Below, piece after piece: positions 1-7,923 of a stretch of DNA of 64,000 bases. Location: the IMG/VR virus record IMGVR_UViG_3300005680_000007, positions 4,017-68,016 of that record; one strand, given 5' to 3'. This DNA is from a virus. The position numbers and the translations under genes are program-made. Position 1 is the first letter of the stretch; every line of letters starts with the position of its first letter. Below the pieces are notes generated by a model that saw nothing but the letters and a program-made list of their open reading frames with translations, did no database searches and had not been told where the DNA came from.

Positions 1-146
1 AGAGCGGCGCGGCTCTCAGGATCGAGCTTCGGCCATTGTTCGATCGCCACACGCAGCACCACCACGAGCGCCCGCGCCTCTGGACTGAGCGGATGGTCCT
101 TGCATAGATCAGTGATCTTGGTGGACAGGTCGGCCGGATCAGACAT
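1..146 (-). CDS. 5' part of an unknown CDS running out of the window (flank outside the prophage)
   Basis: ATG at 144-146 (minus) preceded by GGGAGAG. The frame is open to position 1 (MSDPADLSTKITDLCKDHPLSPEARALVVVLRVAIEQWPKLDPESRAAL...). Absent from the ORF track because it is incomplete. Confidence 0.4.
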   Translation of the reverse strand, partial: MSDPADLSTKITDLCKDHPLSPEARALVVVLRVAIEQWPKLDPESRAA

Positions 147-276
147 GGTTCTCTCCCGTGAACATGGCGCGAACAAAGTCCACGGATTCTACCCGATTGG
201 CTTTGCCGAGTTTTGGATATGTTCTGCCGAGATTTGCCGAGAGCGAGCGAAGGCTAGTTGAAAAAGCCCCGCAAAA

Positions 277-325
277 TGGTGGGCGCGACAGGGATTGAAC
301 CTGTGACCCCTCCCGTGTGAAGGGA
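277..325 (-). tRNA. 3' fragment of a tRNA-Val(CAC)-like gene (att core), not a complete tRNA
   Basis: The minus strand reads TCCCTTCACACGGGAGGGGTCACAGGTTCAATCCCTGTCGCGCCCACCA. This gives an anticodon stem-loop (CAC), variable loop, T-arm ACAGG/TTCAATC/CCTGT, the 3' acceptor strand and CCA. Sequence 5' of it (326-352) cannot form a D-arm or the 5' acceptor strand. Confidence 0.6.
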
Positions 326-341
326 CTACCCCTCTTTGTTA

Positions 342-908
342 TCATTGCGCTTTCCTTTTCGGAGCGCCCGTTTCCACTAATTCTGCCACTGGCAACCGAT
401 CGGCTCGTCGCGCGTCCTCGCTCGCGATCGTATGCGCGTAGCGGCTCGCTGATTGTTCGCTGTCCCAGGCACCAGTCCCGACCAGCCCGCGCGTGTCCAG
501 CCCGCCATAGCGGCGCATCCATGTGCCGTAGGTGTGCCGGAATAGGTGGAACGCTTCGCGCTCGGGCAGCGCAATCTTGGCGTCCCGCGCGGCAGCCCGC
601 AGCATGTCATAGAGCCGGCCGCCCTTGTGGAAGCGGAACAGCGTCTCGCCGGGCCGATCAAGCCCGCGCGGATGGTTCGCCAACGCCGCTACGATATGCG
701 GCGGCAGATGCACCGGACGCGGGTTGCCGTTCTTCGTGCGCGCGACATAGGCGAAGCCCTCGGACAGCTGGCTCCGCTCCGTCTTGCACTCTGCCGTCAA
801 GCCGGACGGCAGATGGATGACGCGAACGCCCGCCTCCGTGCCAACGTGCTGCCCTCCCGGCGGTCGCCGCATCAATTCAACCCTCAAATCGTCGTCCGGT
901 ATGTCCAT
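342..908 (-). CDS. int: Tyrosine recombinase/integrase, short (catalytic domain only)
   Basis: 188 aa with HLFRHT (H-x-x-R) and GAWDSEQSASRYAHT (W...Y) motifs, and ARTKNGNPRPVHLP upstream. No N-terminal core-binding domain. Adjacent to the tRNA fragment. Confidence 0.7.
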   Translation of the reverse strand: MDIPDDDLRVELMRRPPGGQHVGTEAGVRVIHLPSGLTAECKTERSQLSEGFAYVARTKNGNPRPVHLPPHIVAALANHPRGLDRPGETLFRFHKGGRLYDMLRAAARDAKIALPEREAFHLFRHTYGTWMRRYGGLDTRGLVGTGAWDSEQSASRYAHTIASEDARRADRLPVAELVETGAPKRKAQ

Positions 909-923
909 GGCGCTAACGGCGGT

Positions 924-1268
924 TCAGCTAAAATCCGAATGGTCCCAAGGCTGGGCAGAGCCCATTTTGCCGTCGTTGATGACCCCGCCAGCCTCGGCGC
1001 GAGCAAGCGCGCTTTCCGCCGCAGAAAGTTCGCGGCGCTTCTGATCGACGCCCGCTCTAAGGCTATCAATGTCGCGGTGAAACAACTTATCGAGGCGTGC
1101 TTTTGCCTTCGGGCACTGTTCCGCCTCAGCATGTGTCGGGTGGCCATTGTCGCAGTCGCACAGTTCGTCAATGACGTGCAACTGCTCATCGGACTGCCCG
1201 ATGTAGCGATAGCGGCCGATACCCTTGCCGCCCTTCGCCAACTCCCGAACGCTGTAGATCATTGCCAT
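924..1268 (-). CDS. Hypothetical phage protein
   Basis: 114-aa ORF, 15 nt upstream of int in the same operon. Normal composition, no motif recognised. Confidence 0.5.
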   Translation of the reverse strand: MAMIYSVRELAKGGKGIGRYRYIGQSDEQLHVIDELCDCDNGHPTHAEAEQCPKAKARLDKLFHRDIDSLRAGVDQKRRELSAAESALARAEAGGVINDGKMGSAQPWDHSDFS

Positions 1269-1297
1269 CTTCTTCTCCGGTTAGGCGGGTTAAACTG

Positions 1298-1480
1298 CTA
1301 TGGCATCATTTCAGCGATTGCCGACTTGGCTTGCTCAAACGTCCATTCTTCCTCAATTGCGAGCGTTAAATAGCGTAGCGCCTGCTGGATGTAGGCCGTC
1401 TCGATACGACTTGCCGGTGCCCATAGAGCATCGTCGTTTGCCTGCATCGCGGTTAAAATCCGAAGCTGCTCAAGGGTCAT
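1298..1480 (-). CDS. Hypothetical small protein
   Basis: 60-aa ORF (MTLEQLRILTAMQANDDALW...) with protein-like composition. Confidence 0.45.
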   Translation of the reverse strand: MTLEQLRILTAMQANDDALWAPASRIETAYIQQALRYLTLAIEEEWTFEQAKSAIAEMMP

Positions 1481-1567
1481 CTTTCAAATCCGTTTAACGG
1501 CGGTTTCCGGTGTCACGAACGATGCTTATCCGGTTTAGACACATGGCCACAAAATACGGTGCCCCGC

Positions 1568-1610
1568 TCTGTGCCAAGTGTTCCGCCCTTTTCGCTGTTC
1601 TGTGCCAAGT
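1568..1610. repeat. 12-bp direct repeat pair, function unknown
   Basis: TCTGTGCCAAGT at 1568-1579 and 1599-1610, in the 135-nt gap downstream of the transposase gene. Confidence 0.8.
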
Positions 1611-1629
1611 TTCGTACCCCAAAGGCTGA

Positions 1630-2679
1630 TCAGTCATGATGGCTCGCCATCGTCGGATGCTTCCACGTTCCTTCGTAAAGCCCGTCATAGGTCGGGCCTT
1701 CGCCGTTCGTGCCGATGCCGAGCAGCGAGCGGAAGGCGTTGAATGGGTAGAAGCGGCGATTGAACCGGAACGTGAACTCGTTGAGGTAGGCTTGCAGGTG
1801 TTGCGGCTCGACGCGCCCATGATGCGTGCCTTGCAGCCATGCCTTGAGGTTCGAAAACACAAGGTGGACGATGGGCAGGTATTCTTCCGCCACGGCTGGG
1901 TCGTTCGCCTCGACAACCGGCAGGTGGTCGTAGCCGAGCGCCTTGAGCCCATTGTAACCGCCCCAAGCGTCCGTGATGACCATCGCACCCGGTTCCACGG
2001 CCTGTTGCACAAAGGCGGTCAAAGACTTAGCGCCGCGCGTAGGGACGATTTCCAGCCGAAGGCGGCCAGCGTAGCGCCCGCCGCGACGGGTCGGCTTGTC
2101 GCCTTTCTTGGGTGGACGGGTGCGGACTTCGACGGCGGCCATGACCAGCGTCTTTTCATCCGCGTGAACGCCCTTGCCTTGGCCGCGCGTCACGCCGCCG
2201 ATGTAAGTTTCGTCGATCTCGACGTGATCGTTCCGGCCAAGATTGCCGCCGATCCGATCGCGGCCCTGCCGCACCATGCCAGCGCGCAGCTTGTGCAGGA
2301 TTTGGAAGGCGGTTTCGTACCGGCTGAGGCCAAGCTGGCGCTGAAATTGAACCGCAGACAGGCCCGGGGTCATGCTCGACACCAGATAGGCCGCCCAAAA
2401 CCAGACGGTCAGCGGCGTGTGTGTCCGCTGCATCACGGTATCAACCGTCAGGCTGGTTTGCTTCCGGCACGCCCGGCAGGTGAGCACGCTGGTGCGCGTC
2501 GCCATGCGGAACGGCTCACCCTTTTCGCCGCAGTGCGGGCAAACGAAGCCCTTGGGCCACTTCGCGCCTTCCAGGTAGCGGGCGCACGCGGCGTCATCCG
2601 GGAAAAGCTTCTGGAAGTCCCGGAGGGACTTGGGGAACGGCAGGTGTTCCCATTGGAGAACGTCGGCGTGGGGAGGCAT
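1630..2679 (-). CDS. IS1595-family (ISXO2-like) DDE transposase
   Basis: 349 aa. N-terminal zinc ribbon CPHCG...CRACRKQTSLTVDTVMQRTHTPLTVWFWAAYL, an HTH-like LSAVQFQRQLGLSRYETAFQILHKLR, and a DDE region starting VEIDETYIGG. Confidence 0.8.
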   Translation of the reverse strand: MPPHADVLQWEHLPFPKSLRDFQKLFPDDAACARYLEGAKWPKGFVCPHCGEKGEPFRMATRTSVLTCRACRKQTSLTVDTVMQRTHTPLTVWFWAAYLVSSMTPGLSAVQFQRQLGLSRYETAFQILHKLRAGMVRQGRDRIGGNLGRNDHVEIDETYIGGVTRGQGKGVHADEKTLVMAAVEVRTRPPKKGDKPTRRGGRYAGRLRLEIVPTRGAKSLTAFVQQAVEPGAMVITDAWGGYNGLKALGYDHLPVVEANDPAVAEEYLPIVHLVFSNLKAWLQGTHHGRVEPQHLQAYLNEFTFRFNRRFYPFNAFRSLLGIGTNGEGPTYDGLYEGTWKHPTMASHHD

Positions 2680-2874
2680 CTACTTCGCTTTCTGCTGGAA
2701 TTTGCGGAGCGCGATGCGACTCTCTTCGTTTCTCACGCCACTTTCGGTCCAAACATCCATGACCGAACCGCATTCGGTGCACCTGTCGAAATCGCCCCAA
2801 GGGCGCTTGCCGTCGTAAGGCTCTGCCGCCCAATCGAAAACGGAACATTTAGGGCAAACGGAAAAGAGATTCAT
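2680..2874 (-). CDS. Small zinc-ribbon protein
   Basis: 64 aa with CPKC...CTEC. Its stop codon directly abuts the transposase start. Confidence 0.55.
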   Translation of the reverse strand: MNLFSVCPKCSVFDWAAEPYDGKRPWGDFDRCTECGSVMDVWTESGVRNEESRIALRKFQQKAK

Positions 2875-2877
2875 GGC

Positions 2878-3075
2878 TCAGTACCCCTTCCCGTAGTCGT
2901 AGATCGCCAGCAATTCGTCATTCGAGAGCGGCGGGGCAAAGTCGCGGTCCGTATCGACTTCCTCGCGATTGGCGGGGTCTACGAGGCGACGATTGCTCGG
3001 GCAGCAGGGGTTGGTCCAAATCTCATAGATTTGGCCGCGCAGTTCGAAATCAGGGCAGAGACATCGATCGCTCAT
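2878..3075 (-). CDS. Hypothetical small protein
   Basis: 65-aa ORF, 3 nt from the next gene. Confidence 0.5.
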   Translation of the reverse strand: MSDRCLCPDFELRGQIYEIWTNPCCPSNRRLVDPANREEVDTDRDFAPPLSNDELLAIYDYGKGY

Positions 3076-3078
3076 GGT

Positions 3079-3243
3079 TCAGGCCCTCTCCGCTTGAACA
3101 CGCTCGCCCGCGCCCCACAAGATCAGCAAGAGGCCGCGCGCCTTACGGATTTCGGCTTGAGCGACGGAATCCTTTACCTGCTGATGCAGTTCCCAAAGGT
3201 CATCGATGATGGCGCTCAGTTTTTCCAATTCAGGCTGCGTCAT
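3079..3243 (-). CDS. Hypothetical small protein (below track threshold)
   Basis: 54 aa (MTQPELEKLSAIIDDLWELHQQVKDSVAQAEIRKARG...). GGAGGG lies 4 nt before ATG 3243. Fills the gap between neighbouring ORFs. Confidence 0.45.
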   Translation of the reverse strand: MTQPELEKLSAIIDDLWELHQQVKDSVAQAEIRKARGLLLILWGAGERVQAERA

Positions 3244-3314
3244 CTAACCCTCCACAGGAGCCGAGCGGAATTGCTCGGGTATGCCCATGGTTCTAGCACT
3301 AGCCGCTGTATGTG

Positions 3315-3479
3315 TCAACCGGATAAGCATGTCACGAACCAATCCTCGACCGCCTGTTGGATTGCCTTGGCGAGGCTGTCACAATGTGATTTGTAGAGCG
3401 CCGGATCGTCTCGGCACGGCTCGTGTTGCAGGAAATGCTCGGCCAATTCATAGCTTTTCACGTCATATGTCTTGATCAT
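3315..3479 (-). CDS. Hypothetical small protein
   Basis: Track ORF 3315-3545 trimmed to the internal ATG 3479 (MIKTYDVKSYELAEHF...), which is preceded by GAGGGAAA. Confidence 0.5.
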   Translation of the reverse strand: MIKTYDVKSYELAEHFLQHEPCRDDPALYKSHCDSLAKAIQQAVEDWFVTCLSG

Positions 3480-3505
3480 CTTTCCCTCGCTTATCAGTCG
3501 TTTCG

Positions 3506-3670
3506 TCAGAAATAGTACGGCCAGACTTGGCCGCATCTCGTGCATCGATAGTGCAGCGTCTCATCTTCGTCGCGGCCTCGCAGTTCAATGCGATGGCTCC
3601 ATGTCAGCACGCACCAAAGCCATCTGATGCTGCCAAAGGCTTCCGCAATCCGCTCTCCAAGTCCAAGCAT
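3506..3670 (-). CDS. Hypothetical small protein (below track threshold)
   Basis: 54 aa (MLGLGERIAEAFGSIRW...HYRCTRCGQVWPYYF). Starts 16 nt after the stop of 3687-3890. Confidence 0.35.
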   Translation of the reverse strand: MLGLGERIAEAFGSIRWLWCVLTWSHRIELRGRDEDETLHYRCTRCGQVWPYYF

Positions 3671-3686
3671 CTAATTTCCCATTTCG

Positions 3687-3890
3687 TCAGTTGGGGATGC
3701 GGGAGCGGCAGGTTGCGCACGACACAGCGTCGTGACCAGAGTGCGCCGCATTGGCCGGAACATCGCGACCGCATAGCGTCCACAAGAGCCGCACGCCAGG
3801 GTGAACATCCGCACCCTCGACCGCGTGAACAAAATCCTGCTTGTCCTTCCAGCGGATCGGCCTGTTGTTGATCGTCGAGAATGTAGCCAT
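3687..3890 (-). CDS. Hypothetical small protein
   Basis: 67-aa ORF in the operon. Confidence 0.5.
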   Translation of the reverse strand: MATFSTINNRPIRWKDKQDFVHAVEGADVHPGVRLLWTLCGRDVPANAAHSGHDAVSCATCRSRIPN

Positions 3891-3910
3891 GGGTTGTGCT
3901 CCATTAGGTG

Positions 3911-4600
3911 CTATTCCGCCGCCATCACGATCGGTTCTTGGATAAGAGCCAACGCAGCGCGGCCAATGTGTTCGCTGTAAGCGGGCGGAATCGCCTCGCT
4001 CAATTCAGTCAACGTCATCCAGTCGATCCCCATGGCCTCGGCCGCAGCGGATTTGTGCCCGCCCTCCCAAGTGTCGCGCGTGCCCCTGCCGCCTGCCGAT
4101 GCTGCGCGACGCCTCGCGTGTCCACCATAGACGCCTATCACCGGGCGGGTATCGTGAGCGCAGGCGAGTTTCGGGATTGCAAAATTGCTCTCAAAGTCCC
4201 GGTGCCGCTCTAGCCGGCATCCTTGACTGCCGAGACCAAACATTGAGCCACACAGCCGAACAGGATTGATGAGTGGTGCGCCAACAACATTCTCTATGAC
4301 CCACGGCACGCCGGCCGCCTTTAGCCGCTTGCGGAGCGGCGCGATAAGCTCCGGATTGGCATCGCCCTTAGCGCCTGGCGCGTGCTTCATCGCCGTATGC
4401 CGCTGGCAGGGAGGGGAAGCCCAAATGAAATCGAAGCCCTGAAAACGAACATCCAGAGCGTCGGCTTGGATAAATGGGAAAGGGTAGCGCGGCTGCGGCG
4501 CTATATCGACGCCGACCACATCGAAGCCGGCGCGCCATAGGCCCATGCTCGCGCCTCCGGCGCAGCAACAAAGGTCTATGGCTTTTGGTCTGATAGTCAT
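3911..4600 (-). CDS. DNA (cytosine-5)-methyltransferase, compact phage type
   Basis: 229 aa. Motif I AIDLCCCAGGASMG, motif IV ASPPCQ, motif VI VIENV. Confidence 0.8.
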   Translation of the reverse strand: MTIRPKAIDLCCCAGGASMGLWRAGFDVVGVDIAPQPRYPFPFIQADALDVRFQGFDFIWASPPCQRHTAMKHAPGAKGDANPELIAPLRKRLKAAGVPWVIENVVGAPLINPVRLCGSMFGLGSQGCRLERHRDFESNFAIPKLACAHDTRPVIGVYGGHARRRAASAGGRGTRDTWEGGHKSAAAEAMGIDWMTLTELSEAIPPAYSEHIGRAALALIQEPIVMAAE

Positions 4601-4618
4601 CTAATTCGCCATATGGTG

Positions 4619-5122
4619 CTATTGAATACGCGGCCCCGGATGCATCTTGAGTCCGATCGCCATGCGCTCCAAGTGATCGAGAATCGCGAATGTCTCATCG
4701 CCGAGCGCAGTGCCACCGCGCGTGCGCGTCCAGTGCGCTCGCGCCTCCGCGAACGTGAAATAACGGCAGCCAGCAATGATGACTGGCGCGCAATCCCTGT
4801 TGGTGGGAGTCACGAGGAATGTGTGGCCATCGCTACGGGTCGCGACGCAAATGCGTGTAGAGACCCGCGCATCGCCGTAGACCCACGCATTGCCGTAGAC
4901 CCGCGCATTGCCGTAGACCCACGCATTGCCGGAGACCCGCGCATTGTCGTAGACCCACGCATCGCCGTAGACCGAAAGGTTTTTTTCGCTCTCGATCCAG
5001 CCGCCTAGTTCGCCGGCAACGATCTCCAGCGCTGCGATGGCCACAACCGCGCGGATGCGATTCAGCTTGACGCCCAATTCGATCTTGGTTTCGCCGGTAA
5101 ATTCATATTTGGCGTTTTTCAT
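4619..5122 (-). CDS. Hexapeptide-repeat (beta-helix type) protein
   Basis: 167 aa counted from ATG 5122 (MKNAKYEF...). Contains YGDAWVYDNARVSGNAWVYGNARVYGNAWVYGDARV. As sequenced the frame stays open upstream to ATG 5377, giving a 252-aa version with a hydrophobic N-terminus. Confidence 0.6.
   Translation of the reverse strand: MKNAKYEFTGETKIELGVKLNRIRAVVAIAALEIVAGELGGWIESEKNLSVYGDAWVYDNARVSGNAWVYGNARVYGNAWVYGDARVSTRICVATRSDGHTFLVTPTNRDCAPVIIAGCRYFTFAEARAHWTRTRGGTALGDETFAILDHLERMAIGLKMHPGPRIQ
4861..4968. repeat. Six tandem 18-bp units (AGACCCRCGCATYGCCGT) inside the CDS
   Basis: Units start at 4861, 4879, 4897, 4915, 4933 and 4951. They encode the (Y/S)G(N/D)A(R/W)V hexapeptides on the minus strand. 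Confidence 0.9.
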
Positions 5123-5178
5123 GCTTATCCCCGTTGAGTAGAAATTAGCGAGCCGTTGCCATGGCGGGCCTCTGCTCC

Positions 5179-5188
5179 GGGGGGGGGG
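5179..5188. repeat. G10 (C10 on the coding strand) homopolymer tract
   Basis: Ten consecutive G at 5179-5188, encoding PPP(R) between the hydrophobic N-terminal segment and the repeat protein. Confidence 0.95.
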
Positions 5189-5393
5189 CAGTAACGATAA
5201 CTGCCGATCCTCCGCGTCGAGATACCGGCAGGCCTGCCGCCAATAGCCCGGCGCATCCGGCGCGCAAGGCAAAGTCAACCGAATGCCGCTGGAACGGGAA
5301 CAGCAGAAGCCAAAAATACCGAACCCAAACGAGAGTACGAGGGTCAGTATCAAGGAAACGAGTTTGAGCTTTGTCATGGCAATTAATGCTCCC

Positions 5394-5786
5394 TCACTTG
5401 CTCTGCGCGAAGCCGCGCGATTGAAGTTTTCGCCCTGCTGGCCACGGGTTCACGCGAGCGGGGATCTTCGAGCGCGGCCGGTTGCGCGTCTCGCCGCGGA
5501 TGCGCTTCTGCTTTGCGATCTGCGGAACGTCGATCGTCCGTGTCTTGGCGTCGTGCTCGTCGGTTGGGCGAGGCTCGAGATTCCACGGCGCGTCGGGACC
5601 GCCATCGGCCTTCCGGATCGGCCAGTGGTCGAAGTCAAAGCGCGCCAGAATTTGGGCCTCGGTCATCCCCTTCGCTTCCTCGTGCGAGATCACGCGAACC
5701 AGCGTCCCGTTCTCGTCCGGGCGCATGATGGTGAGCAGCGCCGCGCATAGACGGGTCTTGAGGGGGATGTAGGCACGCTTGCTCAT
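5394..5786 (-). CDS. HNH endonuclease
   Basis: 130 aa from ATG 5786 (MSKRAYIPLKTRL...), overlapping the upstream gene by 4 nt. Carries FDFDHWPIRKADGG...NLEPRPTDEHDAKT. The rest of track ORF 5394-6302 is shadow-type sequence. Confidence 0.65.
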   Translation of the reverse strand: MSKRAYIPLKTRLCAALLTIMRPDENGTLVRVISHEEAKGMTEAQILARFDFDHWPIRKADGGPDAPWNLEPRPTDEHDAKTRTIDVPQIAKQKRIRGETRNRPRSKIPARVNPWPAGRKLQSRGFAQSK

Positions 5787-6379
5787 GCCGCCTCCAGCGC
5801 GCCGCGTGCGGTCAGGTGCAGCCAGAGCAGCTTGGCGCGGGTGAGATCCTCGTGCGCGGTGTGGATGCCTTGTCGGGGCTTGAGGCCGAGGATGGTTTCG
5901 CAGGCGACGTCGAGGCTGGGCCAGCGGTAGCTGCCGGACGGGTGGTCGGACGGAATGCGGCAGAGCGCGGCGCATGCGGGAATGAGATCGACCACCTGAA
6001 TGCCGGGGCGCACCCACATGCGCGGGTCTTTGCGCCGGCGGAGGAGGGCTGACTCCACCACCTTGCGATCGAACCCGACTCCGAAGCCGATCATGCAGTC
6101 GGCCTGAGCGGCGAGGTCGCAGAGGATGGCCAGCGCGGCGATCTCGGAAACGCCGGATCGGGATGCCTGCCGGGTCGAGATGCCATGCACGGCTTGCGCA
6201 CCGGCACGGATCGATCGGCCGTCGGCCTTGATGCGGAGCGAGACGAAATCCAGCGCGGCGCCGTCGTCCGTCGACAGTTCGGCCGCGACCGCGACGATCC
6301 AAGGCTGGCTCGCATCGTCGAGCGGGAGGTCGTCCCTGAGAAGGTCGCTGGTCTCGAGGTCGATCAGGAGCGCGGTCAT
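5783..6379 (-). CDS. DnaQ-like DEDDh 3'-5' exonuclease
   Basis: 198 aa from ATG 6379. Motifs LIDLETSD, GFGVGFD and HTAHEDL. Lies next to RecT. Confidence 0.7.
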   Translation of the reverse strand: MTALLIDLETSDLLRDDLPLDDASQPWIVAVAAELSTDDGAALDFVSLRIKADGRSIRAGAQAVHGISTRQASRSGVSEIAALAILCDLAAQADCMIGFGVGFDRKVVESALLRRRKDPRMWVRPGIQVVDLIPACAALCRIPSDHPSGSYRWPSLDVACETILGLKPRQGIHTAHEDLTRAKLLWLHLTARGALEAA

Positions 6380-6840
6380 GCGTATTCGCGCTCCCGCTCG
6401 CGTTGGCGCTGCGGATTGCCGGCGCACATGGCCTCGATCTCGTCGCGAAGCGTCCCGGGGTCGAGACCGGGGATGATGTCGGTGCAGGTCACGTAGACCA
6501 TCCGGTCGATCAGACGGGACATTGCCGCCTGGTCGAGCGCGGACAGGGACTTGCGCTGGATGTGCGCCTTGCCCGTGATCGGGTTGACGACGATCTTGAC
6601 GTGCCGGGCCATTTCGCAAAGCACATCCATCGCCACTTCCTTGTCGAGGATGTCGTCGCGCGCGTCTGCGATCTTGCCGGCGAGCGCCCAGATGAACCGC
6701 ATCTGGGCCGCGTTCTTCGGTGCCTTGACGATCACCAGCAGGTCCTTGTCGCTCGGAATGCGCGCCATGTCGTCGGCGGCGATCTGGTTCGCCGCCTCCA
6801 ACTTGCCCTTCACCTTGCGCATCCATAGCTCGGTGCTCAT
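6376..6840 (-). CDS. Hypothetical protein of the recombination module
   Basis: 154-aa ORF between RecT and the exonuclease, with 4-nt overlaps on both sides. Confidence 0.55.
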   Translation of the reverse strand: MSTELWMRKVKGKLEAANQIAADDMARIPSDKDLLVIVKAPKNAAQMRFIWALAGKIADARDDILDKEVAMDVLCEMARHVKIVVNPITGKAHIQRKSLSALDQAAMSRLIDRMVYVTCTDIIPGLDPGTLRDEIEAMCAGNPQRQREREREYA

Positions 6841-7922
6841 GCCTGCAGTCTCGCCTCGTGCTGGCGGTACTTCGCCATCGCGGTCTCTTGATCCGGGGGG
6901 AACAGGCCGTCCATGCGCGGTGCGATTTCGTCATTCCAGATGGTTTCCAGCGCATCCGGATCGGTGATCGCGGCGAGCTTGGTTTCGATCCAGGTCAGGA
7001 ACGCCTCCGGGTCCGTGCCCGCGTCAGGGATGGCGTTCTCTGCCGCAGCGGCGTGCTGGCGCTCGCGCCGCGTCGATTTCTTCTGAGGAGGGGGAGCCTC
7101 CTGCGCCTCGTCCCTGGGGACGAGGGTAGCTTCCGCGGCTTCGTCCGCTGCCGGGGTTGGCGGCGAAGGCGGAACCGGCGGCGCGGGAGGTTTCGGGGTG
7201 ACGTCGCGGGCGGTGTGCGCCGGATCGTAGATGCGGCGCCCTTCCATTTCCTCGGCGCTCAACTGATTGCCGAGTTCTTCGGGGAAAGCCTTGCGGAGCG
7301 CGGCGGCCTCGGCGCATTTCTCCAGCTGCCCCTCGGGCCGTGACTGCCACATCTCGTTCGGCAGATCCGAGGAGCCGATGGTGGCGTAGCTTTCCAGCCA
7401 GCCGACCTTGGGGCCGACGAATTTGCAAACGCGGCCGTTCAGATCGCGATAGACCGTGATGCGGCACCATTCGGGAAATTGGACCTGGACGGTCTTGTCC
7501 TCCCAATTTCCTTTGTTCTTCACCTTCCCGGTGAATTGCTGCTCGATCATCGGGCCGAACACGGCCTCGTCGCAGCCGGCGTACTGGCCGGTGCGGAATG
7601 CGGTCGTGCGCAATTCGGCAATGCCCGGCCAGATGGTTTCGATGTAGCCGCCGGACTTGCTGTCCCACATCGGAACGATGTGAACCGGCTTCTTGAACGG
7701 GTCGAGGTTGCGCGCTTTGCAGTAGGAGAGGACCATCGCGACGGAGTCGACGCTCTTCGCCGACGGGAAAACCGCCTCGACGAGAGCCTTCCAGCCGGAC
7801 TTGTCGATCCCGAAGCGCTCCTGGATCGCAGGATGGTAGGGCAGGCGCGGCGGGCTGAATGCGACGACTTCGCCGCGCTCGGCGACCGGCGCTTCGATCT
7901 TCTCTGCTGCTTGTGCGGTCAT
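6837..7922 (-). CDS. recT: RecT/Bet-family single-strand annealing protein
   Basis: 361 aa from ATG 7922. Contains VLSYCKARNLDPFKKPVHIVPMWDSKSGGYIETIWPGIAELRTTAFRTGQYAG and an acidic/proline-rich tail. Confidence 0.75.
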   Translation of the reverse strand: MTAQAAEKIEAPVAERGEVVAFSPPRLPYHPAIQERFGIDKSGWKALVEAVFPSAKSVDSVAMVLSYCKARNLDPFKKPVHIVPMWDSKSGGYIETIWPGIAELRTTAFRTGQYAGCDEAVFGPMIEQQFTGKVKNKGNWEDKTVQVQFPEWCRITVYRDLNGRVCKFVGPKVGWLESYATIGSSDLPNEMWQSRPEGQLEKCAEAAALRKAFPEELGNQLSAEEMEGRRIYDPAHTARDVTPKPPAPPVPPSPPTPAADEAAEATLVPRDEAQEAPPPQKKSTRRERQHAAAAENAIPDAGTDPEAFLTWIETKLAAITDPDALETIWNDEIAPRMDGLFPPDQETAMAKYRQHEARLQA

Positions 7923-7923
7923 G

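Noticed and set aside
277-352. Complete 76-nt tRNA-Val gene
   Set aside because: Only positions ~28-76 fit a tRNA. The 5' acceptor strand (AAGCGCA vs required GGGCGCG) and the D-arm cannot form, and the 5' part overlaps the integrase stop region.
1636-3396. 586-aa plus-strand ORF, with comparable ORFs at 12512-14218(-), 26568-28847(-), 23208-24680(-) and 31808-34137(-)
   Set aside because: Same shadow-frame composition. Each overlaps several tightly packed genes on the other strand that have recognisable motifs.
4861-4968. Regular 18-bp repeats considered as a CRISPR-like array
   Set aside because: The units are contiguous with no spacers. They are in frame within a CDS and encode a hexapeptide repeat.
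5787-6302. N-terminal 172 aa of track ORF 5394-6302
   Set aside because: Arg/Pro-rich shadow sequence overlapping the exonuclease gene in another frame. Only the last 130 codons (from ATG 5786) look like a real HNH protein.
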